Below are positions 45,401 through 55,541 of a DNA stretch of 64,000 nucleotides, one piece after another. The DNA is from a virus. Its lineage: Duplodnaviria > Caudoviricetes. Made by a program: the position numbers and the translations under genes. The stretch lies in the IMG/VR virus record IMGVR_UViG_3300005077_000026, positions 21,261 through 85,260 of that record; one strand, 5' to 3'. Numbering within the stretch: the stretch's first letter is position 1; each line of letters begins with the position of its first letter. The notes beneath the pieces were generated by a model. The model was not told the DNA's origin. It searched no databases and saw only the letters and a list, made by a program, of their open reading frames with translations.

Positions 45401-46756
45401 TTACTTCTGAGCTTCGATCACTGCCAGACCAGCCATCTGACGCAGGCTGTTCACGGCATCAAAGGTTTCCTTTTGCAGTTTCGCAGCATCCTCGGGGTTG
45501 GAATTCCCGAGATCACCGCCCGAAGAACCCAGTCCCAGCACGTCCTGGCCATCGGAGGCTGGCAGCTTAGCCCAGAACGCAATTTCGGCGTCCAGTGCCT
45601 TCTTGAACTCTGTCTCGTCCAGCTGCCCATCCTTCATGAACTTGGTGGGGGGCACCAGGCTTTTCACCTTTTCGTGATAAGCCTTCGGGATGCTCGATGC
45701 AGAGAGCTTTTCGGTGTAGATCAGGGCTACATCACCCTTCAGATCCTTTTCCCGAAGCTCCTGGCGCAGTGCATGGTTATCCTCTTTCACCTTGCCCAGC
45801 TCGGTGGTCATCGTAGTGACCGAATCCGTCAGGGTCTTGATCGAGGTGCTCAGAGCATCCACAGCGCCCTGCTTGCCCAGTTCAACGACCTCGGCGAACA
45901 GTGTGGGGTGTTTCTCCTTGAGTTCCTTCAGATCCATGACTTCATTCACCTCCTCTCCCTTGTTTTCGATTTGAGAGAGCTGAACGCTCTCTTCCGTATA
46001 TTCCACGTCCTCGGTAACATCGCGGGAGAAAGCAGACGCAGAGGTCTTGCTGTCCCACCCGAAGACACACACGGACATCTCTCGGAAGGTGCATTTTCTC
46101 CAAATGACTCCCGGCCCCTTGAACTTATAACCGTTCACCTCTGCTACTACACCTTCTTCTAATCTCTCAATAATCGAGGGCTTTGCTGAAATGCTGCTCT
46201 GGTAGGGGAATCCCTCTTTGGAAAGCTGAATAAAATTCTGTGAGGCGGGAGTATCGACAAATTTGGTATCCTCTGGGGCCATCAACTTGAAACCATCAAT
46301 AAGGGGTTTCCCCATGTGAGCAATCTTCAGGTTATCATCATGGTTCTCAAGGATGGCATAACGTTTCTGGTCAAACTGCATTCCAGAGAGATCAATAGCA
46401 AAATCTCCCCAGTACCAATGCCCCTTGATCACTCCCCCCGAATAACCCACCATGTTGAGCTTTACAGGCTTCTGATTACCCTTGTCATCATCTGCAAACT
46501 CAGCAAATGCATGGCAGCCAGTGCCCTTCTCAACAAAACGTAACGCTCCTTTCGGTACCTTTTGAGTCGTTGGCATCTCAGCCCCCTCAGACATTTTGGA
46601 ATTTGCGATCCTTATCGCTCTTGCATCACAATCTTTGCCGCCCTGTTTTTTACAACTCTCCAAAGCAGAATTAGCTATCCGTGCCCACTTTTCCTGTTTG
46701 GCTTTCGTATTCGCCTTTTTGGTGTGCTTGGAAGCATCTGCCGAATTAAAGGGCAA
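45401..46756 (-). CDS. prohead protease / scaffold with a small N-terminal helical domain
   Basis: VGYSGG, ILENHD, GFPYQSSIS, EMSVCVFGWD..T, coiled-coil scaffold tail; likely TTG start at 46756 after AGGAG. Confidence 0.75.
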   Translation of the reverse strand: MPFNSADASKHTKKANTKAKQEKWARIANSALESCKKQGGKDCDARAIRIANSKMSEGAEMPTTQKVPKGALRFVEKGTGCHAFAEFADDDKGNQKPVKLNMVGYSGGVIKGHWYWGDFAIDLSGMQFDQKRYAILENHDDNLKIAHMGKPLIDGFKLMAPEDTKFVDTPASQNFIQLSKEGFPYQSSISAKPSIIERLEEGVVAEVNGYKFKGPGVIWRKCTFREMSVCVFGWDSKTSASAFSRDVTEDVEYTEESVQLSQIENKGEEVNEVMDLKELKEKHPTLFAEVVELGKQGAVDALSTSIKTLTDSVTTMTTELGKVKEDNHALRQELREKDLKGDVALIYTEKLSASSIPKAYHEKVKSLVPPTKFMKDGQLDETEFKKALDAEIAFWAKLPASDGQDVLGLGSSGGDLGNSNPEDAAKLQKETFDAVNSLRQMAGLAVIEAQK

Positions 46757-46911
46757 GGAGCATTCTCCTATTCCCAATTGGGAATTAGTGATTTAAATTC
46801 CTCTTCATATTCTTATACTCATCAGAGTGGGGTTTTCTCTTTTTCACTTTTGGAGCACTATTTTCTTGTTTTTCAACAATCATCTGCAAATCTCCCTAAT
46901 CAATGTGTAGA

Positions 46912-46940
46912 ATGATACAGGATAAAAATAGGTTTGTAAA
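46912..46940 (-). promoter_or_regulatory. sigma70-type promoter upstream of the head genes
   Basis: Minus strand: TTTACA (46940-46935), 17-nt spacer, TATCAT (46917-46912). Confidence 0.6.
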
Positions 46941-46951
46941 GCCCTATTACA

Positions 46952-49900
46952 CTACACATCAACCACGTGCATCTTCGCATCTACTTCCCACACATTTCCG
47001 AGAGAAGTAACTGCCGTAAAGGTTATCTTGTAGGGGGAGTTGGCTACTTCTCCACCAAGAACAGTGGTCTTCAAATAGTAGCTATCAACTTCTTTTCCTG
47101 AAAGGATCTCTGAGGAAACATCAAATCCATCTTTGTCCTCAGCGACAATAGTGCTGGTGGCAGCAACTATAGTTTCCCCTGTCAAAAGAACCGTATCGAA
47201 TTTGCCAGCAATAACAAACTCTTCCGCTGGCTGCTTAAAGAATGGGAGTGCTTTCGGTTTGGTAGCCATATTCGCTGATCTCACCTCCTCAAAAGTGACA
47301 ACTGCTTCCACATGCTCAAAAGTGACAACTGCTTCCACATGCTCAAAAGTAAGGAATATATCTCCAACAGGCTCAGTCGTGGTAGTAGAGCTACTAGAAG
47401 AAGTAGTGGAACTTGTGGAAGTTGTAGTAGAACCCGTTCCACCTGTCTGTGTCGTGGTGCTGGTAGAAGAAGTAGATGTGGTGGTGCTTTGAGTAGAAGT
47501 AGAAGATGAAGTGGATCCGGTGCTCGACGTGGTTGAAACGGTTGAAGAAGTCGAGGTGGTGGACTGTGTTGAACTTGTGGAACTGCTGGTGCTGTGAGTT
47601 GAGGTTGTTGTAAAAGTGGTTGTGGATGATGAAGTGGTCGAATGTGTTGTGGTGGATATGGTAGAAGAAGTTGTGGTTGTGGACGATGAAGTGGTGCTTT
47701 CAGTGCTGCTGGTAGTGGAGAAAGTAGAGCTGGTTGTGGTGGTGCTGGATGAAGTCGAACTGTGCGTGGTTGTGGTGGTTGTAGTAGAACTACTGCTGGT
47801 ACTATAGGTTGAAGTGGTAGTAGTCGTGCTGCTGCTGGTACTATAGGTTGAAGTGGTAGTAGTTGTGCTGCTTGTAGTGGAAGAGAAGGTGCTTGTAGTA
47901 CTATAAGTTGAAGTCGTGGAACTTGAGGAAGTTGAGAAAGTTGAGGTTGTGGTACTGCTGGTTGTGGTACTGTGGGTAGTAGCTCCCGGCTCCGTGCTGC
48001 TTGTGGTTGAATATGTTGAAGTAGAGGACAGAGTAGAGGTAGTGGTGTGTGTAGTGCTGGTTGTGCTAAAAGTCGATGTAGTTGTAGAACTACTGGTACT
48101 AAAGGTCGAAGAAGTAGTACTGGTTGTGCTAAAAGTCGATGTAGTTGTAGAACTACTGGTACTAAAGGTCGAAGAAGTAGTACTGGTAGTAGAACTTGAG
48201 GAAGTTGAAGTGGTGGTGGTCGTAGTAGTAGTCGTAGTAGTGGAACTGGTAGTTACCCCCACTTGCTCCAACATCAACTCATCAATATAAAGTTCATGCC
48301 CCACCGAACCATTTGAAGTGTGCAAAAATCTGAGTCGGAATTCTCCATCTTCAACATAGTTCGTGGCACTTGTGTACCAAGAATAATCAGTTTCAGAAGC
48401 CCTTGACGGCATATCATTTTCTTCTGCCGTCATGTTATCCCACTGGCTTGTATTAAAATTCCACTTCTGAATCTTTACAACATGCGCTGGGTTACCAGCA
48501 TAATAACCATTCAGCTTTACGTTGAACTGAGCAACGGAACCAGGGATTCGATCAAAAGTGAATCGAACATCAAAGCCTGGGTTGCCTGTTACTTCATCAA
48601 CTGTGAAGTAGGTTCCATCATCGATTCTAGTATCGTCAAGGGTGCCAGACAGCAATGTGCCAACCACCACCTCATAACCTTCTGCATAGTACCAGGGGGG
48701 TTCGGTTGTGGTTGTGCTGCTGCTGGAACTGCTGGTCGTAGTCGTGCTGCTGCTGGTCGAACTTGAACTGGTCGAAGAACTGCTGGTTGTTGTAGTGGTG
48801 GTGGTGCTTGTGGTGCTTGCTGTTGATGAAGTTGAAGAAGTGGAGCTATAGGTGCTGCTGGTGGTGCTTGAAGACGATGAAGAACTGGTTGTGGTTGATT
48901 GGGTTGAAGCTGTGGTGCTTGTGGAGCTACTGGACGAACTGGTTGTACTGTAAGTAGAAGAAGTGGTACTATAGGTCGAACTTGTGGAACTGAAACTGGA
49001 CGAAGTGGTGCTGGTGGAGCTATAAGTGGTCGAAGTGGTACTGTATGAAGTCGTAGTGGTGCTGCTTGTGGTGGAGACAGTTGAATAAGTTGTGGTTGTA
49101 GAACTTGACGATGAACTGGTCGAACTCGAACTGCTGGTTGTGGTAGTGGAACTACTGGTTGTGGTGCTTGCTGTTGATGATGTGGATGAAGAAGAAGAAC
49201 TGGTCGTAGTTGTGGAACTACTGGTGCTAAAGGTTGATGAAGTCGAACTTGAACTGGTCGTGGTGGTGGTTGAAGTCGAAGAAGAACTGGTTGTGGTCGA
49301 TTGGGTTGAAGCTGTGGTGCTTGTGGAGCTACTGGACGAACTGGTCGTGGTAGTGGTGCTATAAGTGGAAGAAGTGGTACTATAGGTTGAACTTGTGGAA
49401 CTGAAACTGGACGAAGTGGTGCTGGTCGAGCTATATGTAGATGAAGTGGAACTTGAACTGGTCGAAGATGAACTGGTCGTGGTTGAAGTGGTGCTGGTAG
49501 AAGAACTGCTGGTACTGGTTAAACTGCTTGAAATCGTGGTCGTTGTCGAGCTTGAAGTGGTTGAACTGGAACTGGTCGTGGTTGAAGTGGTTGTGCTTGA
49601 AGTCGTGGTATCGGTAGTATATTCTATCGTCAAAGTGGCGGGGTCGCCTTGATCGGATTCGTATGTGTAAATCCCAACTGCTGCATAATCATCGTCCCCT
49701 AAATCTTGATCGGGGTAGGTCGCCATCCATAAAACTATTGCGGCACCAGAGGCGACCCCGCCATTGTCGTCTACCAATTCCTGAATGATGCTGGCCAGAT
49801 TAGACGACGTTTCTGTTGCGTCTACTGTGATGCTACCCAACGACCAATCAACATAGGCGGTTGTCAGTGTAGTATTTCCGCCTGATAGCGATGGTCTGTC

Positions 49901-50209
49901 ATCAGTCCCTGTGGCCGCAGGAGCATTGGCGGAATCGGTAGCGTACACCCTGAGGGTCTGGTTCCCATTGTTCCACTGTTCATTGTAGGCAATATTTGCA
50001 ACAAATGTTGCCGTGTTGATAGTCGCTCCCGCAGGTATCGCAGACGGCAAAATAAAACGGAATCCGGCCCAGGTTGGCTCATTGTCATTTTGCCCCGCAA
50101 ATACAGCAAATTTTGAGCCTGCGCTGCTATAAAATGCCCAGCTATCCAAATATTCCACGGTCCAATCGTTGCCGGCTGCCGCCACAGATATTGGGCCTAT
50201 TGTAGCCAT
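46952..50209 (-). CDS. mucin-like fibre protein: DNRLRE-like domain, about 300-aa T/S tract, beta-sandwich, about 290-aa T/S tract, fibre-adaptor-like C-terminal domain
   Basis: GFRFILPSAIPAGATINTA; two very long Thr/Ser tracts; C-terminal KQPAEEF...LLTGETI...GGEVANSPYKITFTAVTSLG. ATG 50209 (GGGAG SD) preferred over TTG 50287. Confidence 0.75.
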   Translation of the reverse strand: MATIGPISVAAAGNDWTVEYLDSWAFYSSAGSKFAVFAGQNDNEPTWAGFRFILPSAIPAGATINTATFVANIAYNEQWNNGNQTLRVYATDSANAPAATGTDDRPSLSGGNTTLTTAYVDWSLGSITVDATETSSNLASIIQELVDDNGGVASGAAIVLWMATYPDQDLGDDDYAAVGIYTYESDQGDPATLTIEYTTDTTTSSTTTSTTTSSSSTTSSSTTTTISSSLTSTSSSSTSTTSTTTSSSSTSSSSTSSTYSSTSTTSSSFSSTSSTYSTTSSTYSTTTTTSSSSSSTSTTASTQSTTTSSSSTSTTTTTSSSSTSSTFSTSSSTTTTSSSSSSTSSTASTTTSSSTTTTSSSSSTSSSSSSTTTTYSTVSTTSSTTTTSYSTTSTTYSSTSTTSSSFSSTSSTYSTTSSTYSTTSSSSSSTSTTASTQSTTTSSSSSSSTTSSTYSSTSSTSSTASTTSTTTTTTTSSSSTSSSSTSSSTTTTSSSSSSTTTTEPPWYYAEGYEVVVGTLLSGTLDDTRIDDGTYFTVDEVTGNPGFDVRFTFDRIPGSVAQFNVKLNGYYAGNPAHVVKIQKWNFNTSQWDNMTAEENDMPSRASETDYSWYTSATNYVEDGEFRLRFLHTSNGSVGHELYIDELMLEQVGVTTSSTTTTTTTTTTTSTSSSSTTSTTSSTFSTSSSTTTSTFSTTSTTSSTFSTSSSTTTSTFSTTSTTHTTTSTLSSTSTYSTTSSTEPGATTHSTTTSSTTTSTFSTSSSSTTSTYSTTSTFSSTTSSTTTTTSTYSTSSSTTTTTSTYSTSSSSTTTTTTTHSSTSSSTTTTSSTFSTTSSTESTTSSSTTTTSSTISTTTHSTTSSSTTTFTTTSTHSTSSSTSSTQSTTSTSSTVSTTSSTGSTSSSTSTQSTTTSTSSTSTTTQTGGTGSTTTSTSSTTSSSSSTTTTEPVGDIFLTFEHVEAVVTFEHVEAVVTFEEVRSANMATKPKALPFFKQPAEEFVIAGKFDTVLLTGETIVAATSTIVAEDKDGFDVSSEILSGKEVDSYYLKTTVLGGEVANSPYKITFTAVTSLGNVWEVDAKMHVVDV
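47288..47350. repeat. 27-nt tandem repeat (TFEHVEAVV)
   Basis: CTCAAAAGTGACAACTGCTTCCACATG at 47288 and 47315, partial copy at 47342. Confidence 0.9.
48057..48187. repeat. 63-nt tandem repeat inside the T/S tract
   Basis: Unit starting CTGGTTGTGCTAAAAGTCG at 48057 and 48120. Confidence 0.9.
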
Positions 50210-50368
50210 TATTGGAGTGCTCCCTGACTGATACCGGCTGGCCCGTAGGCCGGTTGCGCCGATGTATAGCGGCTCACCGCTTGGCAAGCCGTTGACTTCA
50301 TCAAAGCACTAAATAGCTGGTTATTCTCCATAGGCAACACTACCTCCCCTTACCCACCCACTCATAGA

Positions 50369-50728
50369 TCACTTTACTAGTCTTGTTGCCCCTGGTATAG
50401 CTGGACCCGATGGCCTGTCGAATGCGAAAGGGACGTATTCCGAACATGCCTCCCCCCACACCGGGTCATCGTTGCAAGCCGCCACCGTGATATTGTTTGT
50501 GCCCACTAATGCCCCTGCCACATCCGTTCTGATACTACCGTCTGTCTGTGCTGCAATGCCCGTTGCCCCACCATTACTGTAAACAGGTAGCAAGTTAGCA
50601 ACCCACGCTGGGCCAGTGATCTTATAGTGAGTCACACCCGCTTGAGGGTCACAAACCAGAAAGGGGCCAGCGAAAGCCAAGCCAACTGAAAACACAAAAA
50701 CCAATACCGTCAATAATAGCTTCTTCAT
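50369..50728 (-). CDS. exported protein with Sec signal peptide, small beta-sandwich
   Basis: MKKLLLTVLVFVFSVGLAFA|GPFLVCDPQ; AAGGAGG SD. Confidence 0.7.
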   Translation of the reverse strand: MKKLLLTVLVFVFSVGLAFAGPFLVCDPQAGVTHYKITGPAWVANLLPVYSNGGATGIAAQTDGSIRTDVAGALVGTNNITVAACNDDPVWGEACSEYVPFAFDRPSGPAIPGATRLVK

Positions 50729-50765
50729 TTCAAAATCCTCCTTGATTCTATATAATTATCCAGAG

Positions 50766-52424
50766 TTATTTCTCTTCCTTACGACGATCTTTAAGAACGG
50801 GCTTGGGCTTAACATCAGGTTTCGACTTCCCAGGCTCCCCCTCCATTCCCTCTTGTGTCCCCTCCGCATCTACACCAAGCTCATACAGAAGCTTGGGATA
50901 CATCTCATCCTCAGTCGCTTTATCCAATCTCGCCCTTGCATATCCTTCAACACCAACCTTCCGAGCAATCTCACTATTTGGAATACCAAGAGACTCACTG
51001 ATGGGGCCATGTTTGACACCCAACAGAGCCTTCGTTCTGGACTCAAGATCAGAGATTTCAGAGGTGGGATGGGAAACATCGATCAGGCGTTCAGGAGGAA
51101 ACTGAATATTCTTGAATATGGGCTCCTTATTCTTAAATCCTACAGCCCTCCTCACCTTGAACTTGTCATCCATGAATCCCATTTTACTTCTTAAATAGAA
51201 TATCGACCCCCAAAAATCGAACTGCATCCATCTTCCAAAATAGGTATTCTCATCACTGACCCGATCTGACATGGGGCCTCTCGACGCCTTCACAGAAGCA
51301 AACGTGCCCTTCGATTGCCCTGTTGCTACGTCTTCAGGAATGTTTAGACCTGAAATGGCCATGCTCATTATATCAGTGTCTTGCTCTCTGATAGGATTAA
51401 GCTGGGGGTTTTTGATCTCAACTTTCATCCCAGGAGGAAGAACAAGTCTTGCACCTGGGGTCAGTTTTGCCCCCACCCCTGTCTTCCTCTTGTCATCATC
51501 TGAAAGGCTCATCCACGTCCTGAACGCTGCAAGATCCTCAAAATAGAAGACCCAAGCATAACTGCCGGATGCCTTTTTGTGATCGATTTCATATTTCTTG
51601 AGGGCTTCATAGTAATTTAGCCACTCGATTGTAGTAACCAAGTGGGAGATTGCTCTCCTGGTCATAAACCCCTTATCGATAGAGACTATGAACCTTTTAT
51701 ACCCACCAAACTGCCGATATTTCGATCCCACCTCTTTATTGATCACTGTTTTTTCTTCATTAAAGTGGGCGCTTTTCTTGGCAAGATCGATCAGCTTTGG
51801 AGACCTGGCAATAAATATAGAGGGGATCAGGGTAGAGTCCGTTATGCCCTTCCCACTAAGACTTACATTGTAGAATAGGGGCAAAAAGGACTTCGTAGGA
51901 TGCCAAATGATGCCCGTTCCATCATCAGCCCCCAAAATATCCTTAGGATCCACAAAATCTATCTCGATAAAACCATCATCATGCAGAGTAAAACAAATGT
52001 GAAGTTCGCCCTCAATCTGGAGCCTTGCTACCCACTTAGGCCAGAAGTAATAAAGGCGATTTCTCCAGTCCAACTCGATCAAATCAATAACGTCTTGTAT
52101 TTCCTGCACCCCAGAAGACGTTCCAAACCCCGCCCCCGTCATGCGCCCCATCATATCACGGATAGCAGAGTTTATTTGGGGGTTTGTGTGGAACTTAGTG
52201 AAGCACTGCTTTTGGAGTTCGTCCCGTTTGAACTCATTGAACTTCTTATCTATATTGGTAGCGTTGGTATCGAACCCATCAGCATCCTTTCCCGTCCCCA
52301 CACCATCTGAACTGTACTGCCAAGGGACAGAAAAGCTCATCTGTGCAAGCACATCATCGGGGATTTTGGCGAGTTCTTCTAAAAATCTTGTATTGGTAGG
52401 GGGATTTTTCATAGAAATTACCAC
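50766..52424 (-). CDS. portal protein
   Basis: 552 aa directly after terL; QIEGELH, FVDP, PGARLVLPPG, ISGLNIPEDVATG, ASVKASRGP. Confidence 0.8.
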   Translation of the reverse strand: MVISMKNPPTNTRFLEELAKIPDDVLAQMSFSVPWQYSSDGVGTGKDADGFDTNATNIDKKFNEFKRDELQKQCFTKFHTNPQINSAIRDMMGRMTGAGFGTSSGVQEIQDVIDLIELDWRNRLYYFWPKWVARLQIEGELHICFTLHDDGFIEIDFVDPKDILGADDGTGIIWHPTKSFLPLFYNVSLSGKGITDSTLIPSIFIARSPKLIDLAKKSAHFNEEKTVINKEVGSKYRQFGGYKRFIVSIDKGFMTRRAISHLVTTIEWLNYYEALKKYEIDHKKASGSYAWVFYFEDLAAFRTWMSLSDDDKRKTGVGAKLTPGARLVLPPGMKVEIKNPQLNPIREQDTDIMSMAISGLNIPEDVATGQSKGTFASVKASRGPMSDRVSDENTYFGRWMQFDFWGSIFYLRSKMGFMDDKFKVRRAVGFKNKEPIFKNIQFPPERLIDVSHPTSEISDLESRTKALLGVKHGPISESLGIPNSEIARKVGVEGYARARLDKATEDEMYPKLLYELGVDAEGTQEGMEGEPGKSKPDVKPKPVLKDRRKEEK

Positions 52425-52455
52425 TTTTTGTAGGTTTTATTTGAATTTTTGATCA

Positions 52456-52484
52456 ATTTTATTAGAAAAGGAGCATAAAGTCAA
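52456..52484 (-). promoter_or_regulatory. sigma70-type promoter upstream of the portal
   Basis: Minus strand: TTGACT (52484-52479), 17-nt spacer, TAAAAT (52461-52456). Confidence 0.7.
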
Positions 52485-52487
52485 CCT

Positions 52488-54416
52488 TTATATCCCCCTT
52501 CTATAATCACCGAGAAGCATGTCTCCTGGTATCATTGCCCCCCAAAACTTGCTGCCCTTCCTTGCTCTGAACCTCTCCACACCCAAATCACGGCCCCCAT
52601 ACATGGTCCAGCAATTAGCAAACATAAAATCATCCTGGATGCCATATTTTTCCATCTTTTCAGGGCTTCCGAACCACCTTTTCACGGAATCGTGCATGAA
52701 GACCGACATCTCCTCATCCCGAAGATCGTCCTTCTTACTGCCCACAATTGGCACACTTGGGCACTTCCAACGACCTTCCCTGATGGACATCAGCACCTCT
52801 TTGAAGCCATCTTTCTGCCGTGCATACGTAGGGAAGATAGGGGAAAAGGCAATGGCTCGTTCCACACACCATTTTTCCATATCCCAGGTTCCATATCGTT
52901 CCGAACAGTAGCTATCAATCCCCTCATACTCCATATGTAGCTTATCAAGCAAGTCTTTAACCACATCAACGCTGTGGTTATCGATTTTTACAGCACAAAG
53001 CACTATATAGATATACTTCGACGTAAGGCCCTCAATGATTGAAGCGTAGGGATTTCTCCTGCTGCCTGGTAACCCCTTTGCCACAACAAGCAAGATGGTT
53101 CTTGCCAAGCCGGCCACTGCATAAGGATCCCCAAAGTCACTTCCTGCCAGTATTGCCCAGTCCGTATCGTACTCATCCCCGAGTTTGATAAGATCCTGTC
53201 CTAAAGCTGTCCTTTCTCCCCCGAAGCCATCTTTGAGCGAGTAGAAAGCATTATCGAAGCGCAGCAAACGGCGTTCGGCAGTTTCGATCTTGGCAGCAAG
53301 GGCAGTGGCATCGTCCGTGAACCCCTTTTCAAGCACCAGGTCCATCTGTTTCTTCCACTTCACCTTCTCTGCTATCACCTTGCCCACTGTCAGTCGATCC
53401 CCAATCTTGCCATCCACACCCACCACATGGGTCTCCTCAATCATCTCCTCTGAAAACACGATCTGCTGCCCAGCACTCCACAAATTCAAGAAGTATCGTT
53501 CGAACTCCCCAAATGGAAACTTCAGTTTGTAGTCATCGAGCTGGTCTTGGGTCATGTTTGGGTTCCAATAGTCCCCCATCTGCCCTTCATTGGAACACCT
53601 GTAGGAAAAGAACAAACGTTTGGTGAGGCGCTTTTGGAAGTTTTCATATTGAGTATATAAGATGTGGGTCTTTTCGGAGACAGTGCTATCAATGACACCC
53701 ATGGCGTTTGGCATATTTCTGATGGAACCATCCAACTGCACAAAGAACTTGGGTTTCTTCATGTCGAAGATTTCGGAGAATGTGTAGCCCGTGATGTTTG
53801 ACACGATACCAGAAGCCGTTGAGATGCTCCTGATGATGCTCCTGATATTCCCCTCAAAATCTGTGAGCCTGATCTCCTTCTCCTGTATATTCTTGTCACC
53901 CACAAGCTGATGCAATTCGGGGCTATTCAAGATGATATCGCGCATGATATCGTAGTGGACGAATTTGGTCTGGTCCTTGCTGTTGGCACCGAGCATGATC
54001 TGCTGCCTCGTCCACAAAAAGAACTTCCACAATTGCACCAAGCAAGCCACCAAGCTCTTGCCTTCGCCACGTGGCCAACACAGGATCACCAGACCATACA
54101 CAAACCTTCCATTCTCCATGCGAAGGGCTTCTTGCATGATGGCTTTCTGTGCTTCCCACATCTCCCAATAGCTCTTGCCTGTCACCGGGTGGGGGATCCG
54201 AGACAACTCCCCAATTCGAATCCAAGAGGAAACATCGCTGCCATGATCCACGTAACTGGGCACATAGCAGTAGTCCTCACACCAAGCAGCCCATCCTTCT
54301 CCCCCATTTCGATATTCCTCAAGAGGGCGCTTGGGCACGAAGTTAAATCCTGCCTCTTGGCTCCTTCGGATTCGATTCTTTAGCAGGGGCTTGCGCCCAG
54401 TGCCTCCACTGCTCAT
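52488..54416 (-). CDS. terL: terminase large subunit
   Basis: LCWPRGEGKS (Walker A), GANSKDQ, FSEIFD (Walker B), IDST, nuclease GSDFG and DD. Confidence 0.88.
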   Translation of the reverse strand: MSSGGTGRKPLLKNRIRRSQEAGFNFVPKRPLEEYRNGGEGWAAWCEDYCYVPSYVDHGSDVSSWIRIGELSRIPHPVTGKSYWEMWEAQKAIMQEALRMENGRFVYGLVILCWPRGEGKSLVACLVQLWKFFLWTRQQIMLGANSKDQTKFVHYDIMRDIILNSPELHQLVGDKNIQEKEIRLTDFEGNIRSIIRSISTASGIVSNITGYTFSEIFDMKKPKFFVQLDGSIRNMPNAMGVIDSTVSEKTHILYTQYENFQKRLTKRLFFSYRCSNEGQMGDYWNPNMTQDQLDDYKLKFPFGEFERYFLNLWSAGQQIVFSEEMIEETHVVGVDGKIGDRLTVGKVIAEKVKWKKQMDLVLEKGFTDDATALAAKIETAERRLLRFDNAFYSLKDGFGGERTALGQDLIKLGDEYDTDWAILAGSDFGDPYAVAGLARTILLVVAKGLPGSRRNPYASIIEGLTSKYIYIVLCAVKIDNHSVDVVKDLLDKLHMEYEGIDSYCSERYGTWDMEKWCVERAIAFSPIFPTYARQKDGFKEVLMSIREGRWKCPSVPIVGSKKDDLRDEEMSVFMHDSVKRWFGSPEKMEKYGIQDDFMFANCWTMYGGRDLGVERFRARKGSKFWGAMIPGDMLLGDYRRGI

Positions 54417-55126
54417 GCCTCACCCCCTTGCTTTTCCTCAGCAGCAGCAGCAGCAGCATCGGCAGCAGATGGCTGAACGTCAATGGGTGCTGGCTCCTTC
54501 TTTTTGAGGTTGCCACCGGCGCTGGCTTCCAGCATCTCATAGTAGCTCTTGACGGGGACAGCGGGCACCAGGGCCCCTTCACCAGCCTTCTTCAGCAAGT
54601 AGTAGTTGGGGTGTTGGGGGTCGCGCATGGTCTTCCGGTTCAGGTCCAAGTTCATGGAGATGTCAATGTCTTGGATGCCAATGGAGGCCACGCAACTCTC
54701 AATTGCCTTGACCGTATCCCTGATCTCCTTGAAAACAGGGTGAACAGCTTGGACGCCTTTGGGTGTCGTATAGACCACGCCGACCAGCCCTGCCTCTTCC
54801 AGCTTGAGCCTGATCAACAACTTGAACAGGGGCAGCAGCTCCAAGCCAATCCTCATGCTCTGAGCCGACGTGATCTCGGTCCCACACGCTGCGTAGATCC
54901 TGGTGATTACTGCCTTCTGGTACTCCTTGATGACATAGCAAGGGCTCCCTGGTACGTCCTTCGTTATATAATGACACTTCCTGTACGCAGGGCACTCCTC
55001 ACCACGACAATCAGGGACATGATCCCACATCACCATCTGACCATAGTCCTGATGGTTCCCTCTTCCTATCGAAATGCCCCCCACCTTCTTGCTAATCGTG
55101 TGTGAAAACATGCTTTTTCTTGGCAT
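54413..55126 (-). CDS. terS: terminase small subunit (putative)
   Basis: Coupled to terL; VVY.TPKG...VHPVFKEIR resembles the P27-type terS motif; ATG 55126 after GGAGG. Confidence 0.6.
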   Translation of the reverse strand: MPRKSMFSHTISKKVGGISIGRGNHQDYGQMVMWDHVPDCRGEECPAYRKCHYITKDVPGSPCYVIKEYQKAVITRIYAACGTEITSAQSMRIGLELLPLFKLLIRLKLEEAGLVGVVYTTPKGVQAVHPVFKEIRDTVKAIESCVASIGIQDIDISMNLDLNRKTMRDPQHPNYYLLKKAGEGALVPAVPVKSYYEMLEASAGGNLKKKEPAPIDVQPSAADAAAAAAEEKQGGEA

Positions 55127-55541
55127 AAGTCCTCCTAGCGTTCCATAATCAAAGCTGTTATTTTCAATTATACTCCTTTCTGCACAAAAATCAAATTGTC
55201 CCCCTCCAAACAACCTTTACTTTCTCATGTCCAACATTCCCCAATAAACACAACCAAACATTCCAATATATTTTAAACATGATTTTGATCATTCCATGAA
55301 GCCCAAAACGCCCAATAGATACCAATATATAAGTTTACTCTGTAGAGAAGTTCTCAGTAGTTAGTCAGTAGTTTCTTCCTCTCTTTTCTTCATTTTATAT
55401 CATTCTCATTTGGGTACTTTTGGTCATTTTGGTGCATAGTTCTGGGCTGTCATTCCTTATTATAGCTCCCAAGCACTTGGTTTATTTACCCTTTTGGAAT
55501 CACATTTTAACAGGTCTGAGAGTATGTAGATAAAACTGATC

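Noticed and set aside
47133-49652. Val/Glu/Leu-rich + strand ORFs (also at 21152, 28699, 41730)
   Set aside because: They are the antisense shadows of ACN/AGY/TCN codon runs in the Thr/Ser tracts, with no SD or independent coding signal.
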